A stretch of DNA of 64,000 nucleotides from Ginsengibacter sp. (GTDB lineage: Bacteria > Bacteroidota > Bacteroidia > Chitinophagales > Chitinophagaceae), in contig JBDTKF010000146.1 of the NCBI GenBank assembly GCA_039935455.1, positions 22,543 through 86,542 on the forward strand, written 5' to 3'. Position numbers and translations under genes: made by a program. Position 1 is the first letter of the stretch. Each line of letters opens with the position of its first letter. Of the stretch, positions 20,678-30,458 are shown piece by piece. The notes below the pieces were generated by a model, which made no database searches, was not told the DNA's origin, and worked only from the letters and a program-made list of their open reading frames with translations.

Positions 20678-21238
20678 ATGGCAATGAAAATATATACAAA
20701 GACTGGTGACGCAGGAAAAACAAGTCTTATCGGGGGAACTAAGGTTTTAAAAAGCGATCCGAGAATTGAGGCTTACGGAACGGTCGATGAATTAAATTCT
20801 TATCTAGGGTTAGTTTCTGATTATTGTGGCGATAATCACGCAAAGAATATCCTTAAAGAAATTCAGGATCGTCTATTTACCATCGGCTCTGTACTTGCCT
20901 GCGACCCGTCGCGAGCTGTAAAAATGAGCATCCCAGATCTTCATGAAAGTGATGTGGAATTACTCGAAAAAGAAATGGACCAAATGGATTCAGAGCTTCC
21001 GGTGATGAAAAATTTCATTTTGCCCGGAGGTCTGCCTGCTGTGTCTTTTACGCACGTAGCACGTTGCGTATGCAGGCGTGCAGAAAGGTCCTGCGTAAAT
21101 TTGAAAGAAACAAATGGAGAAGTAAATCCTTTGATCATAAAATATATTAATCGGCTGAGCGATTATTTATTTATGTTGGCACGATATACAGGTATGAAAA
21201 ACCATGCACCGGAAATCATTTGGAAAGCGCGAATTTAG
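20678..21238 (+). CDS. PduO-type cob(I)alamin adenosyltransferase
   Basis: KIYTKTGDAGKT, YGTVDELNS, FILPGG, RRAER, YINRLSDYLF. Confidence 0.93.
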   Translation: MAMKIYTKTGDAGKTSLIGGTKVLKSDPRIEAYGTVDELNSYLGLVSDYCGDNHAKNILKEIQDRLFTIGSVLACDPSRAVKMSIPDLHESDVELLEKEMDQMDSELPVMKNFILPGGLPAVSFTHVARCVCRRAERSCVNLKETNGEVNPLIIKYINRLSDYLFMLARYTGMKNHAPEIIWKARI

Positions 21239-21345
21239 GAATACAAATTACGCTTATTTCTTCTTTTACTATAATTTTTGAAAAGGGAGTAGATACGGTT
21301 TAGCATCCCATTTTTCAGTAAATTTGCACCACGAAAATTGCATTT

Positions 21346-21750
21346 ATGAAAACTTCCAGTATAATAATTTTAGTGATTATAGCAGCTGCGATCGGTGGAC
21401 TACTCATGTATTCTGTTGATTTTTCTACTTACGATACGATCGGTTCTGCTAAACAAAAGCAAGGTCAATATGTTCATTTGATCGCCAAACTTGACAAGTC
21501 TAAACCGATCCAATATGATGCATTGAAAGATCCAAATTATCTTACTTTTTATGCTGTGGACAGCTTGGGTAACAGCACACAGGTCATTTACAGAAATACA
21601 AAACCACCAGAGTTGGAACAAAGTGAACGCGTAGTTTTGAAAGGGAAAATGGAAGGAAATGTATTCGAATGCAAAGATATTCTGCTCAAATGTCCCTCCA
21701 AATACAAAGACGATAAAAAACAATTAGAAAAAACGGTTACTCAATATTAA
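21346..21750 (+). CDS. ccmE: Cytochrome c maturation heme chaperone CcmE (CxxxY variant)
   Basis: N-terminal TM, OB-fold segment, ILLKCPSKY; directly upstream of a ccmF-like gene. Confidence 0.88.
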   Translation: MKTSSIIILVIIAAAIGGLLMYSVDFSTYDTIGSAKQKQGQYVHLIAKLDKSKPIQYDALKDPNYLTFYAVDSLGNSTQVIYRNTKPPELEQSERVVLKGKMEGNVFECKDILLKCPSKYKDDKKQLEKTVTQY

Positions 21751-21759
21751 GCTTGCATT

Positions 21760-24276
21760 ATGACATTTGAGAATGAACATTTGCTACCGGGGCAGGTAGG
21801 CCATTTTTTTGTATTGCTCGCATTTGTAGCCTCTATCATTTCCGTTATAGCTTATTTTACCGCTTCCAAAATACGGTCCGAAAATGAAAAGCAATCCTGG
21901 ATTCGTTTTGCCCGGGCCGCCTTTTTTATAGAAACCTTTTCACTCCTCGCCGTATTTGCAACCATCTTCTATATCTGCTCAAATCATTATTATGAATATC
22001 TCTATGTATATAAACATGCATCCAGAGAATTAGAACCAAAATATCTACTGGCCTGCATTTGGGAAGGACAGGAAGGTAGTTTTTTGCTGTGGGCTCTTTG
22101 GCATTGTGGCTTGGGGAGCGTCTTAATCTTTACTGCAAAAAAAAGAGAAGCTGCAGTAATGACTATTATAAATGTGGCGCAGTTCTTTTTAATCCTGATG
22201 CTTCTGGGCTTGTATTTTTTCAATGTCCGCATTGGCAGTAGTCCTTTTATACTTACCAGAAATGAACTTGTTGGTCCTATATTTTCACAACCCGACTATT
22301 TATCCTATATAAAAGATGGAATTGGTTTGAATCCACTATTAAGAAATTACTGGATGGTCATTCATCCCCCGATTTTATTTTTGGGATTTGCGAGCACTGC
22401 CGTTCCAATCGCATTTGCCTATTCTTCATTGATTACAAAAGATTGGGGTGGATGGGTAAAAGCCGCACTACCATGGGCTTTATTCAGCGGCTGTGTTTTA
22501 GGAACCGGAATTATGATGGGAGGTAAATGGGCTTATGAATCTCTTTCTTTTGGTGGTTATTGGGCCTGGGATCCCGTTGAAAATGCCGCTCTTGTACCGT
22601 GGTTGATTCTTGTTGCGGGTTTACACTGTATGGTCATTTTTAATTCTACAAAAAATGCCTTGCGGGCTTCATACCTGTTTATTATACTCACTTACTTGTT
22701 CATCCTCTACTCTACTTTCCTGACAAGAACGGGAATCCTCGGAGACACTTCCGTACACTCATTTACAGAAGCGGGAACCGCCATGAATGTGTTGATCGGA
22801 ATTTACGTGATAGCGATTTCATTACCTGTATTTTATTTATTTTTCAGGCATTATAAAAGTATCCCTTCTATTCAAAAAGAGGAAGATATGTCTTCCAGAG
22901 AATTTTGGATGTTTATCGGCGCATTAATCCTTTTCCTTTCTGCTTTGTTTGTGATATCTATTACTTCTCTTCCTGTTTATAATAAAGTTTTTGGGACGAA
23001 TCTTGCGGATCCACAGGACCGTGAATTTTCTTATAATAAAGTGCTGGTGCTTGTTGCAGTGATTGTCGGACTTCTTACAGGAATTTCTCAATTCTTAAAA
23101 TATAGGAATACGAATAAGAAATATCTTATAAAAAAACTCGCTTTTCCACTGGTAATTTCTCTTGCCGGCTCCGTGTTATTAGCAATTTTTTATCCAATAG
23201 ATTATGTAAAAAAAGGTCCGGGATTTTTAGTAGCCATTCACCTGGCTTTGTTTGCTTCGATCTTTTCCGTTATTACAAATGCATTTTATTTAAAATCAGT
23301 CTTAAAATGGAATTTGAAAGCAGGAGGCGCTGCAATTGCGCATCTTGGATTTGCATTGATGATTACAGGAATGCTTATTTCTGCAGGTAATAGAAAAGTA
23401 ATCAGCGATAATAGTAAAACTGGTTTGTTTATTCCTTTTGATAAAGATCCAACCGGAAGAGCGACAGAAGATCCGATGGAAAATCTGACACTTTTGAAAG
23501 AAGTTCCTACGCGAATGGGGAAATATACGGTTACGTATATGAATGATTCGGCTTCGAATGAAAAAGATCGCACTTTTTATAACTTACGGTTTCAAAAGAT
23601 CGATAGTGTAACCGGGAAAGTAGAAGAAGATTTTGTGTTATCACCTGATGCGTATCGTATGAAAGATAACAATCTTACGTCCAATCCCGGAACAAAACAT
23701 TATCTAACACACGATATTTTTACTTATATCTCTACGATCTCTATTCCTAAAGAAGAAGCAGATACAAGTACTTTTAAACTACATGAACTAAATATTGGCG
23801 ACTCCGTTTTTTACTCAAAAGGATTTTATGTTTTGAATAACATTTTGAAAAACCCTGACAATGAAAAATTCCATTTTTCGCCTAACGACACCGCATTGGT
23901 AGCAGATATCACGGTTTATGGCCAAAACGGAATGAGCTATAAAGCGTCTCCGGCACTCTTAATTCATAATCAGGAAATTAAGCTGCTCACGGACACTGTC
24001 ATTTCGCAAAATCTTTATTTTAATTTTTCAGGGATCGCATCTAACAAAAAATTCAAAATCAGTTCGAAAGAAACCGATAATCTTTCGGATTTTATTACGT
24101 TAAAAGCCTATTATTTCCCATATATCAATTTAGTTTGGCTTGGTCTGGTTATCATGTCATGTGGTTTTGTCGTATCACTTGTAAACAGGGTCAAAGCACC
24201 AAGAAAATGGGCTTATCTAACCATCGGATTGGTTCTTGCATTTCTATTTTACATGTTTATTCTTGCAAATGCTTAA
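21760..24276 (+). CDS. ccmF: Cytochrome c biogenesis protein CcmF/CcsA
   Basis: WEGQEGSFLLW, IHPP, WWD-domain GGYWAWDPVENA, FLTRTG, SVHSF. Confidence 0.92.
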   Translation: MTFENEHLLPGQVGHFFVLLAFVASIISVIAYFTASKIRSENEKQSWIRFARAAFFIETFSLLAVFATIFYICSNHYYEYLYVYKHASRELEPKYLLACIWEGQEGSFLLWALWHCGLGSVLIFTAKKREAAVMTIINVAQFFLILMLLGLYFFNVRIGSSPFILTRNELVGPIFSQPDYLSYIKDGIGLNPLLRNYWMVIHPPILFLGFASTAVPIAFAYSSLITKDWGGWVKAALPWALFSGCVLGTGIMMGGKWAYESLSFGGYWAWDPVENAALVPWLILVAGLHCMVIFNSTKNALRASYLFIILTYLFILYSTFLTRTGILGDTSVHSFTEAGTAMNVLIGIYVIAISLPVFYLFFRHYKSIPSIQKEEDMSSREFWMFIGALILFLSALFVISITSLPVYNKVFGTNLADPQDREFSYNKVLVLVAVIVGLLTGISQFLKYRNTNKKYLIKKLAFPLVISLAGSVLLAIFYPIDYVKKGPGFLVAIHLALFASIFSVITNAFYLKSVLKWNLKAGGAAIAHLGFALMITGMLISAGNRKVISDNSKTGLFIPFDKDPTGRATEDPMENLTLLKEVPTRMGKYTVTYMNDSASNEKDRTFYNLRFQKIDSVTGKVEEDFVLSPDAYRMKDNNLTSNPGTKHYLTHDIFTYISTISIPKEEADTSTFKLHELNIGDSVFYSKGFYVLNNILKNPDNEKFHFSPNDTALVADITVYGQNGMSYKASPALLIHNQEIKLLTDTVISQNLYFNFSGIASNKKFKISSKETDNLSDFITLKAYYFPYINLVWLGLVIMSCGFVVSLVNRVKAPRKWAYLTIGLVLAFLFYMFILANA

Positions 24277-24368
24277 GATTTTTCATTCCCATACCTATCG
24301 TTAATTTTGTAGAATCTATCATTCAATCTTTTTTATTGAATATTAAAATGATAATTTTACAGAGACGA

Positions 24369-25025
24369 ATGCGTGCCAACCTCAAAATATGGACTATAAT
24401 ATATTTGCCACTTATGGGGCTTTTCTTAATTACTGCATTGAATGTAAAATCACAATCACAGTCTGCACAAAACTTTAACCCCATTTTTGCGCAACATGGC
24501 ATTAATGATACGATCATATGCTCTGCCGTAATTTACAACGGCGATACAATTGAAGCAAAAATTCTTCCCGGAGTATATGTTTGGGGAAAAAGAAATGCTG
24601 CATCTCGAGCAGAATGGACTCGTTTGAGAAACGCAGTGTATGTTACTTATCCGTATGCAAGGCGCGCTGGTTGGGTGTTTAAAGATATTGAACAACATAT
24701 TTCAAACAACTCCAGTAAAAAAGATGTAAACAAATATATCAACAGTCGTGAAAAAGAATTGAAAAAGGAATTTACGGAACCATTAAAAAATTTATCCGTT
24801 TACCAGGGAAAAGTGTTGATGAAATTAATAAACCGCGAAACGGGTGGAACAGATTGTTACGAAATTTTGAAAGAATTAAAAGGTGGATTCACAGCCCGTT
24901 TCTGGCAAACCGTGGCATTCGTTTTTGGCAGTGATTTGCGACAGCCTTATGAAGCTGCAGGCAAAGATTCCCAGATAGAAATTATCGTCAAAGAAGTACA
25001 ACGGATGTATGGATATTCCGGATAG
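24369..25025 (+). CDS. DUF4294-family exported protein
   Basis: RLRNAVYVTYPYA, LSVYQGKVLMKLINRETG, FWQTVAFVFG. True start is probably 24348 or 24369, not 24135. Confidence 0.8.
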   Translation: MRANLKIWTIIYLPLMGLFLITALNVKSQSQSAQNFNPIFAQHGINDTIICSAVIYNGDTIEAKILPGVYVWGKRNAASRAEWTRLRNAVYVTYPYARRAGWVFKDIEQHISNNSSKKDVNKYINSREKELKKEFTEPLKNLSVYQGKVLMKLINRETGGTDCYEILKELKGGFTARFWQTVAFVFGSDLRQPYEAAGKDSQIEIIVKEVQRMYGYSG

Positions 25026-25194
25026 ACCAGTAACGATAAATCTAATTTAAAATTTGTATTATTTCTTCGTTTACTGTTCTTCAAATTCATCTCGTATAAT
25101 ATCATAAAACTCCAAAAAGCAACTTTTTTTTAACGTATCTTCGCTCACATATTACGTATCTAAAGCGTTACTGTTTTTGCAATTATAGAATAAA

Positions 25195-25929
25195 ATGAAG
25201 TTACATCTTTTAGCCTTTGGCGTTCATCCGGACGATGTAGAATTAAGTTGTGCCGGAACCTTATTAGTAGAAAAGAACAATGGAAAGAAAGTGGGAATTA
25301 TCGATCTTACACGTGGTGAATTAGGAACGCGTGGGTCGGCAGAGATAAGAAAACAGGAAGCAGAACATTCAGCAAAGGTGCTTGGAGTAGATATTAGAGA
25401 GAATCTGGGAATGGCCGATGCATTTTTTAGAAATGATATAGAAAATCAATTAAAAATAATAACAGTTCTTAGAAAATACCAGCCGGAAATTGTGTTGTGC
25501 AACGCACCGGAAGACCGCCATCCTGATCATGGACGCTCTTCAAGATTAGTAGCGGATGCAACTTTTTTATCAGGATTAAGAAAGATTGAAACGTTTGATG
25601 GGACAATCAAACAGGAAATCTGGAAGCCTGGTTATGTTTTAAACTATATTCAGGACCAATATTTCACGCCAACATTTGTCGTTGACATATCAGATGTGAT
25701 TGATAAAAAAGTGGAAGCAATTAGATCCTTCGAAACACAGTTTTTTTCGAATGGACCAAATGATGATGAACCACAAACCTACATTTCTAGTCCTGAATTT
25801 TTAGAAAGTGTAATCTACCGGTCAAAGATGTATGGGAAAATGATTGGAGTGAAACACGCAGAGGGTTTTATTTCAAAGAAAATGATCGGAATAAAAACCT
25901 TTGATGCGCTGATTCAAAAAAGATTTTAA
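25195..25929 (+). CDS. bshB1: Bacillithiol biosynthesis deacetylase (PIG-L family)
   Basis: HPDDVEL, DLTRGELGTRG, DRHPDH, AEGF. Confidence 0.9.
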   Translation: MKLHLLAFGVHPDDVELSCAGTLLVEKNNGKKVGIIDLTRGELGTRGSAEIRKQEAEHSAKVLGVDIRENLGMADAFFRNDIENQLKIITVLRKYQPEIVLCNAPEDRHPDHGRSSRLVADATFLSGLRKIETFDGTIKQEIWKPGYVLNYIQDQYFTPTFVVDISDVIDKKVEAIRSFETQFFSNGPNDDEPQTYISSPEFLESVIYRSKMYGKMIGVKHAEGFISKKMIGIKTFDALIQKRF

Positions 25930-26013
25930 CAAGCTCCTAAATACAAATTCAAAAAAAAAGGATAAATTAAACACCCAAATAACTATTAAAAAACAACAAA
26001 TCAAGAAACCATA

Positions 26014-27084
26014 ATGCCAGCACCCAAATTTATGCAAGACAGAGGTGATTTTCACACGGTATTAAAAAATCGTGTAAATCAATACTTTGCCGAACAACAT
26101 CGTCCAATGACGGGAAACTTTGCTTTACTTTTTAAAGCATCTCTTTTCTGTGTTTTATATCTAGCAGTTTACGTCCATCTTGTCTTTTTTACTCCACCCG
26201 TCTGGATCGCGCTACCCGAATGTGTCCTATTTGGTTTATTGACTGCTGCAATCGGTTTCAACGTAATGCACGATGGCGCTCATGGAAGTTTCAGTAAATA
26301 TAATTTTCTGAATAAAGCAGCCGGCGCGTCATTGAACTTTCTTGGTGGTTCAGCTATCATGTGGAACATGAAACATAATATTATTCATCACACTTTTACA
26401 AACATTGACGGCATAGACGATGACATTGAAGCACGCCCCTGGCTTAGGTTTGCTACGACCCAGAAGAAGTTGAAGATGCACAAGTTTCAGCAATATTATT
26501 TTTGGTTTCTATATGCTCTTCTTCACATTATCTGGATATTTATGACAGATTATCAAAAATATTTTAAACGCAAAATTGGAACAGTTCCACTTAGAAAAAT
26601 GACTCCTTATGAACATTTTTCATTTTGGACTGCTAAATTGATTTATACATTTATGTTCGTTGCATTACCAATTATGTTGATCGGTTTTACAACCTGGATT
26701 ATCGGGTTTTTACTGATTACAATGGTCACTGGACTTGCAATCAGCATCGTGTTTCAATTGGCACATACTGTTGAACAAACCGAATTTCCGGTTCCAAGTG
26801 AAATAAGCGGAAAGATTGAAGACGAATGGGCTATTCATCAAATTCATACAACAGCAAATTTTGCTACAAAAAGCAAAACTCTTTCATGGCTCTTAGGTGG
26901 CTTGAATTTTCAGATTGAGCATCATTTATTTCCGAGGATCTCTCACGTTCATTATCCAGCCATTAGCAAAATCACTAAAAGAACCTGTAAGGAATATGGA
27001 ATTAAATATATCGAATTCCCAAAAATGCGACAAGCAATCTTATCACATATACACTATTTGAAACGCCTTGGCCAGATAGCATAA
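26014..27084 (+). CDS. Membrane fatty-acid (acyl-CoA) desaturase
   Basis: Three His boxes: HDGAH, HNIIHH, QIEHH. Confidence 0.92.
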   Translation: MPAPKFMQDRGDFHTVLKNRVNQYFAEQHRPMTGNFALLFKASLFCVLYLAVYVHLVFFTPPVWIALPECVLFGLLTAAIGFNVMHDGAHGSFSKYNFLNKAAGASLNFLGGSAIMWNMKHNIIHHTFTNIDGIDDDIEARPWLRFATTQKKLKMHKFQQYYFWFLYALLHIIWIFMTDYQKYFKRKIGTVPLRKMTPYEHFSFWTAKLIYTFMFVALPIMLIGFTTWIIGFLLITMVTGLAISIVFQLAHTVEQTEFPVPSEISGKIEDEWAIHQIHTTANFATKSKTLSWLLGGLNFQIEHHLFPRISHVHYPAISKITKRTCKEYGIKYIEFPKMRQAILSHIHYLKRLGQIA

Positions 27085-27096
27085 AAAAGTTATCTC

Positions 27097-27131
27097 AAAA
27101 AATCCTCAAACTGCAAGTTTGGGGATTTTTT
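27097..27131 (+). terminator. Intrinsic terminator after the desaturase
   Basis: aaaaaatcctcaaac-tgcaa-gtttggggatttttt stem-loop with T-run. Confidence 0.8.
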
Positions 27132-27238
27132 ATAAAAATAAACTGGCAAGGAAATTGTAAATTTCAAATTAAATTTCAATTGAAAAGAAGAAATTCTTTT
27201 AATTTACTTATTATAAGTTTGATTCCAATAATATAAGC

Positions 27239-27754
27239 ATGAATATTCATTTCCAGGAACTGATACCAGATGATTTTGATAATAACTCACGAGTTTGGGT
27301 TTACCAATCCAACCGAGCGTTTAGCCTGAGTGAAGTATTGAGTCTTCAAGAATTACTCGAAAATTTTACTAAAGAATGGAACAGTCACGGCAGCTCTGTA
27401 AAAGGTTTTGCTAATTTATTTTTCGGTCAGTTTCTTGTAATAATGGCTGATGAAACTCACACAAAGATTGGCGGATGCAGTACAGATTCTTCAATAAGAT
27501 TCATCAAAAATATCCAAAAAGATTACAATACACAACTACTCGACAGGCAAATGCTTGCTTTTATCGTGAATGAAAAAATACAGTTAGTTCCTTTACCCGA
27601 AGTCAATCACTCTATCGAAGACGAATTTATCACCTCCGAAACTTTATATTTCAATAATACAATTCTTACAAAGAAAGAATTATTGAATAATTGGATCATT
27701 CCGGTAAAAGACAGTTGGCTTGCAGCAAGAATTTCTTCCAGGCACCTTCACTAA
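27239..27754 (+). CDS. Conserved Bacteroidota hypothetical protein
   Basis: SRVWVYQSNR, WNSHG, GGCSTDSS, DRQ, PVKDSW; no Walker motifs. Confidence 0.75.
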   Translation: MNIHFQELIPDDFDNNSRVWVYQSNRAFSLSEVLSLQELLENFTKEWNSHGSSVKGFANLFFGQFLVIMADETHTKIGGCSTDSSIRFIKNIQKDYNTQLLDRQMLAFIVNEKIQLVPLPEVNHSIEDEFITSETLYFNNTILTKKELLNNWIIPVKDSWLAARISSRHLH

Positions 27755-27776
27755 GACATTTTCAATCAGCAAACTT

Positions 27777-28898
27777 TTATTTCTGAAGCACATTTTTGAA
27801 ATCTGCCCAGCCCCATTTATTTTTAATTACGGGCCCATGCATCAGATACAGCTCAGGATTAACCCGCGCTGCTGTTTTAAATGCCGTAGCATCCAAACTA
27901 AAAACCGGTAAGCTATATTTCTTTCTCACGTTGAAGAACTCATCAGCTTCTTTCATTTCTGGTGTCACAACATATAGCATGCGATTATTCTTTTTTGCAT
28001 AATTAATTATTTTATCAAAATCCTCCAACCAGAAGTTAGTATTTGAAAATCCTTTTACGAAAAATAAATAATACGACGCGTCAAGGCTCAAAATTGCATC
28101 AGTCGTGTCGTTTCCTGATAAAGTAGTCAGATTAAAGTCTTTAATCGGGGGTTCATTATTTTTCCCTTTTTCAATAATGATGTCTTCACGGCTGATAAAT
28201 TGCCAGGTAGAATCAGGCAAATCTTTGATGGTAAAATCTTGTTTCTTTCCTTCTTTTTCGTAAACGAACCGATATTCTTTTTTATCTGGAATCGCATTTG
28301 CAGGCATTTTGCGAAGTTCCAAAACATTGCCGCCCTTTTTGAACGGCAGACAATCTACGGTTGGTAAATGCCGCATCACATGCCACTGGTACAATAAAAC
28401 CAAAACAGTAGAAATAATTAAAAGAAAAATATTTATAGCAGAAGTAAACACCGGAAATATATATTTCCTTCCAAAAAGAAGAATCAAAATCAGCACAAGT
28501 AATACCAGGTCTTTTATAAATGATTGCATGGAAGTTAGGGGAACACAATCCCCAAAACAACCACAGGTAGCAATCTTGCCCGAAAGCGCTGCATATCCTG
28601 TAAGGAACCCAAAGAAGATTATCAGCAATAAAATAAGCCATGTAAAAAACTTTTTCCAAACACCTAATAAAATTCCAACACCAACTATGATTTCCAGCGT
28701 GATCATAAAAATCGCAAAGGGAAGCGCAAGACTATCCAACCAATGCATCATATTTGCAAGCGAACTGTTTAGAGCCCATACTTCATAAAACTCCTGCATT
28801 TTATAAGCAAGTCCATGTGGATCCATTGCCTTGATCAGGCCGGAAAAGATAAAAAGAACGCCAACAATTACCCTGCAAATGTTTACTAAAATTTTCAT
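27777..28898 (-). CDS. DoxX/MauE-type membrane protein (BT_3928-like) with a periplasmic thioredoxin-like domain
   Basis: RVIVGVLFIFSGLIKAMDP, CGCFGD, KTAARVNP. Confidence 0.85.
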   Translation of the reverse strand: MKILVNICRVIVGVLFIFSGLIKAMDPHGLAYKMQEFYEVWALNSSLANMMHWLDSLALPFAIFMITLEIIVGVGILLGVWKKFFTWLILLLIIFFGFLTGYAALSGKIATCGCFGDCVPLTSMQSFIKDLVLLVLILILLFGRKYIFPVFTSAINIFLLIISTVLVLLYQWHVMRHLPTVDCLPFKKGGNVLELRKMPANAIPDKKEYRFVYEKEGKKQDFTIKDLPDSTWQFISREDIIIEKGKNNEPPIKDFNLTTLSGNDTTDAILSLDASYYLFFVKGFSNTNFWLEDFDKIINYAKKNNRMLYVVTPEMKEADEFFNVRKKYSLPVFSLDATAFKTAARVNPELYLMHGPVIKNKWGWADFKNVLQK

Positions 28899-28927
28899 TC
28901 GTGCTTATTTAAAAAAGAGAAGTTTAT

Positions 28928-29467
28928 TTAATCTGATAATATTAAAGCAAAAACTGCATAATTTAAAATGTCATAAAAGTTCGCATCTATTCCCTCGCTC
29001 ACTAAAGTTTTTCCGTCGTGCAGAAGGATCTGTTTGATGCGCAGAATCTTCGCAAGAATAAGATCAACAAAACTCTCCTGGCTCATATCGCGCCATGCTT
29101 CTCCGTAATCATGATTCTTATCATGCATTAAAGCTTTGGCACTTAAAATTTTTTCATCATAAAATTTTAATGTCTCTTCTACAGTTAATTCTTCCATCTC
29201 ATCATCATGAATATCTAATTGAATTAATCCAATAACCGCATAATTTAAAATGCCTTTGAATTCTTCTTTTGCATTGTCGTCAATTTTCTGAATCACTTTC
29301 TCCTGGATATTCCGAATACGTTTTGCTTTGATATAAATTTGATCAGCTATTGAAATACTCCGGTATACACGCCATGAAGTCCCATAATCGATCGTTTTTT
29401 TTAAAAAGATTTCTCTGCATTCGTATACTACATGATCGTATTGCAGATCGGTATTAACTTGCGTCAT
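28928..29467 (-). CDS. DUF1599 (nucleotide-modification-associated) tandem-domain protein
   Basis: Two internal repeats: KxxDYGxSWR...ILNYA and KNHDYGEAWR...DILNYA. Start set at ATG 29467. Confidence 0.85.
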   Translation of the reverse strand: MTQVNTDLQYDHVVYECREIFLKKTIDYGTSWRVYRSISIADQIYIKAKRIRNIQEKVIQKIDDNAKEEFKGILNYAVIGLIQLDIHDDEMEELTVEETLKFYDEKILSAKALMHDKNHDYGEAWRDMSQESFVDLILAKILRIKQILLHDGKTLVSEGIDANFYDILNYAVFALILSD

Positions 29468-29500
29468 AATGATCATCAAATTTAAACCTAAATAAACAAA

Positions 29501-30331
29501 ATGTTTTCATTGAATTGTAAAGGAAAAATAATTTCTATTGAAAAGCCATTAGTGATGGGTATCATAAATCTAACAGGCGATTCTTTTTATGCCGGAAGCA
29601 GAATGCAAAATATAAAATCGATACAAGATAAAGCAGCTCAAATGTTGAGCGAAGGAGCAACTATTATTGATATCGGCGCACAAAGTACAAAACCCGGGAG
29701 CATTCGGATTTCTGCAGAAAATGAATTAGAGAAATTAATTCCGGCAATCGCTACACTCGTAAATAATTTTCCAGAAATTGTTCTTTCAATAGATACCTAT
29801 TATTCAAAAGTTGCAGTGGAATGCAGCGTTGCCGGCGCAGCAATCATCAACGACATCAGTGGCGGTGAAATGGATAAAAGTATGATTAATACTGTGGGAA
29901 AACTAAATATGCCTTATGTGTGCATGCACATGAAAGGGGTTCCCGAAACCATGCAGCAATCGGCACATTATGAAAATGTAACAAAAGAAATTCTTGACTT
30001 TTTCATCCGGAAAATTGACGAATGTAAAAGGGCAGGCATCAACGATATAATTATTGATCCGGGATTTGGATTTGGGAAAAATATCACACAGAATTTTTGT
30101 TTACTAAAACAACTGGAAATATTTAAAATGCTTGAAAAGCCAATGATGGCAGGTCTCTCAAGGAAATCGACAATTTATAAAACATTGAAAACTACCGCCG
30201 AAAATTCATTGAACGGAACCAGTGTTCTAAACACCATTGCCTTATTACATGGCGCTTCTATACTTCGCGTTCATGATGTAAAAGAAGCATGCGAAGCAGT
30301 TACATTATTACAAGCATATGAGAAGTCCTGA
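29501..30331 (+). CDS. folP: Dihydropteroate synthase
   Basis: MGIINLTGDSFY, DIGAQSTKPG, INDISGG, DPGFGFGK, SRKS, LRVHDV. Confidence 0.97.
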   Translation: MFSLNCKGKIISIEKPLVMGIINLTGDSFYAGSRMQNIKSIQDKAAQMLSEGATIIDIGAQSTKPGSIRISAENELEKLIPAIATLVNNFPEIVLSIDTYYSKVAVECSVAGAAIINDISGGEMDKSMINTVGKLNMPYVCMHMKGVPETMQQSAHYENVTKEILDFFIRKIDECKRAGINDIIIDPGFGFGKNITQNFCLLKQLEIFKMLEKPMMAGLSRKSTIYKTLKTTAENSLNGTSVLNTIALLHGASILRVHDVKEACEAVTLLQAYEKS

Positions 30332-30405
30332 CATTCATTTTCCGGAATGATAATTCGCATTATTTGTTTCTTTACTCTAAGTCTTATTTAGATGAATAGT
30401 AAAAG

Positions 30406-30433
30406 AAACGCCGCATATTATTATGCGGCGTTT
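30406..30433. terminator. Bidirectional terminator between folP and the FKBP gene
   Basis: aaacgccgcata-ttat-tatgcggcgttt, perfect 12-bp stem between convergent genes. Confidence 0.8.
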
Positions 30434-30458
30434 ATCATTAAAAATCATTAGAATAAAT

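Noticed and set aside
24135-24368. Long N-terminal extension of the DUF4294 protein
   Set aside because: It overlaps the ccmF 3' end; the signal-like segment begins only after 24348-24369.
27239-27754. ABC transporter ATPase label often given to this family
   Set aside because: No Walker A/B or LSGGQ motif is present.
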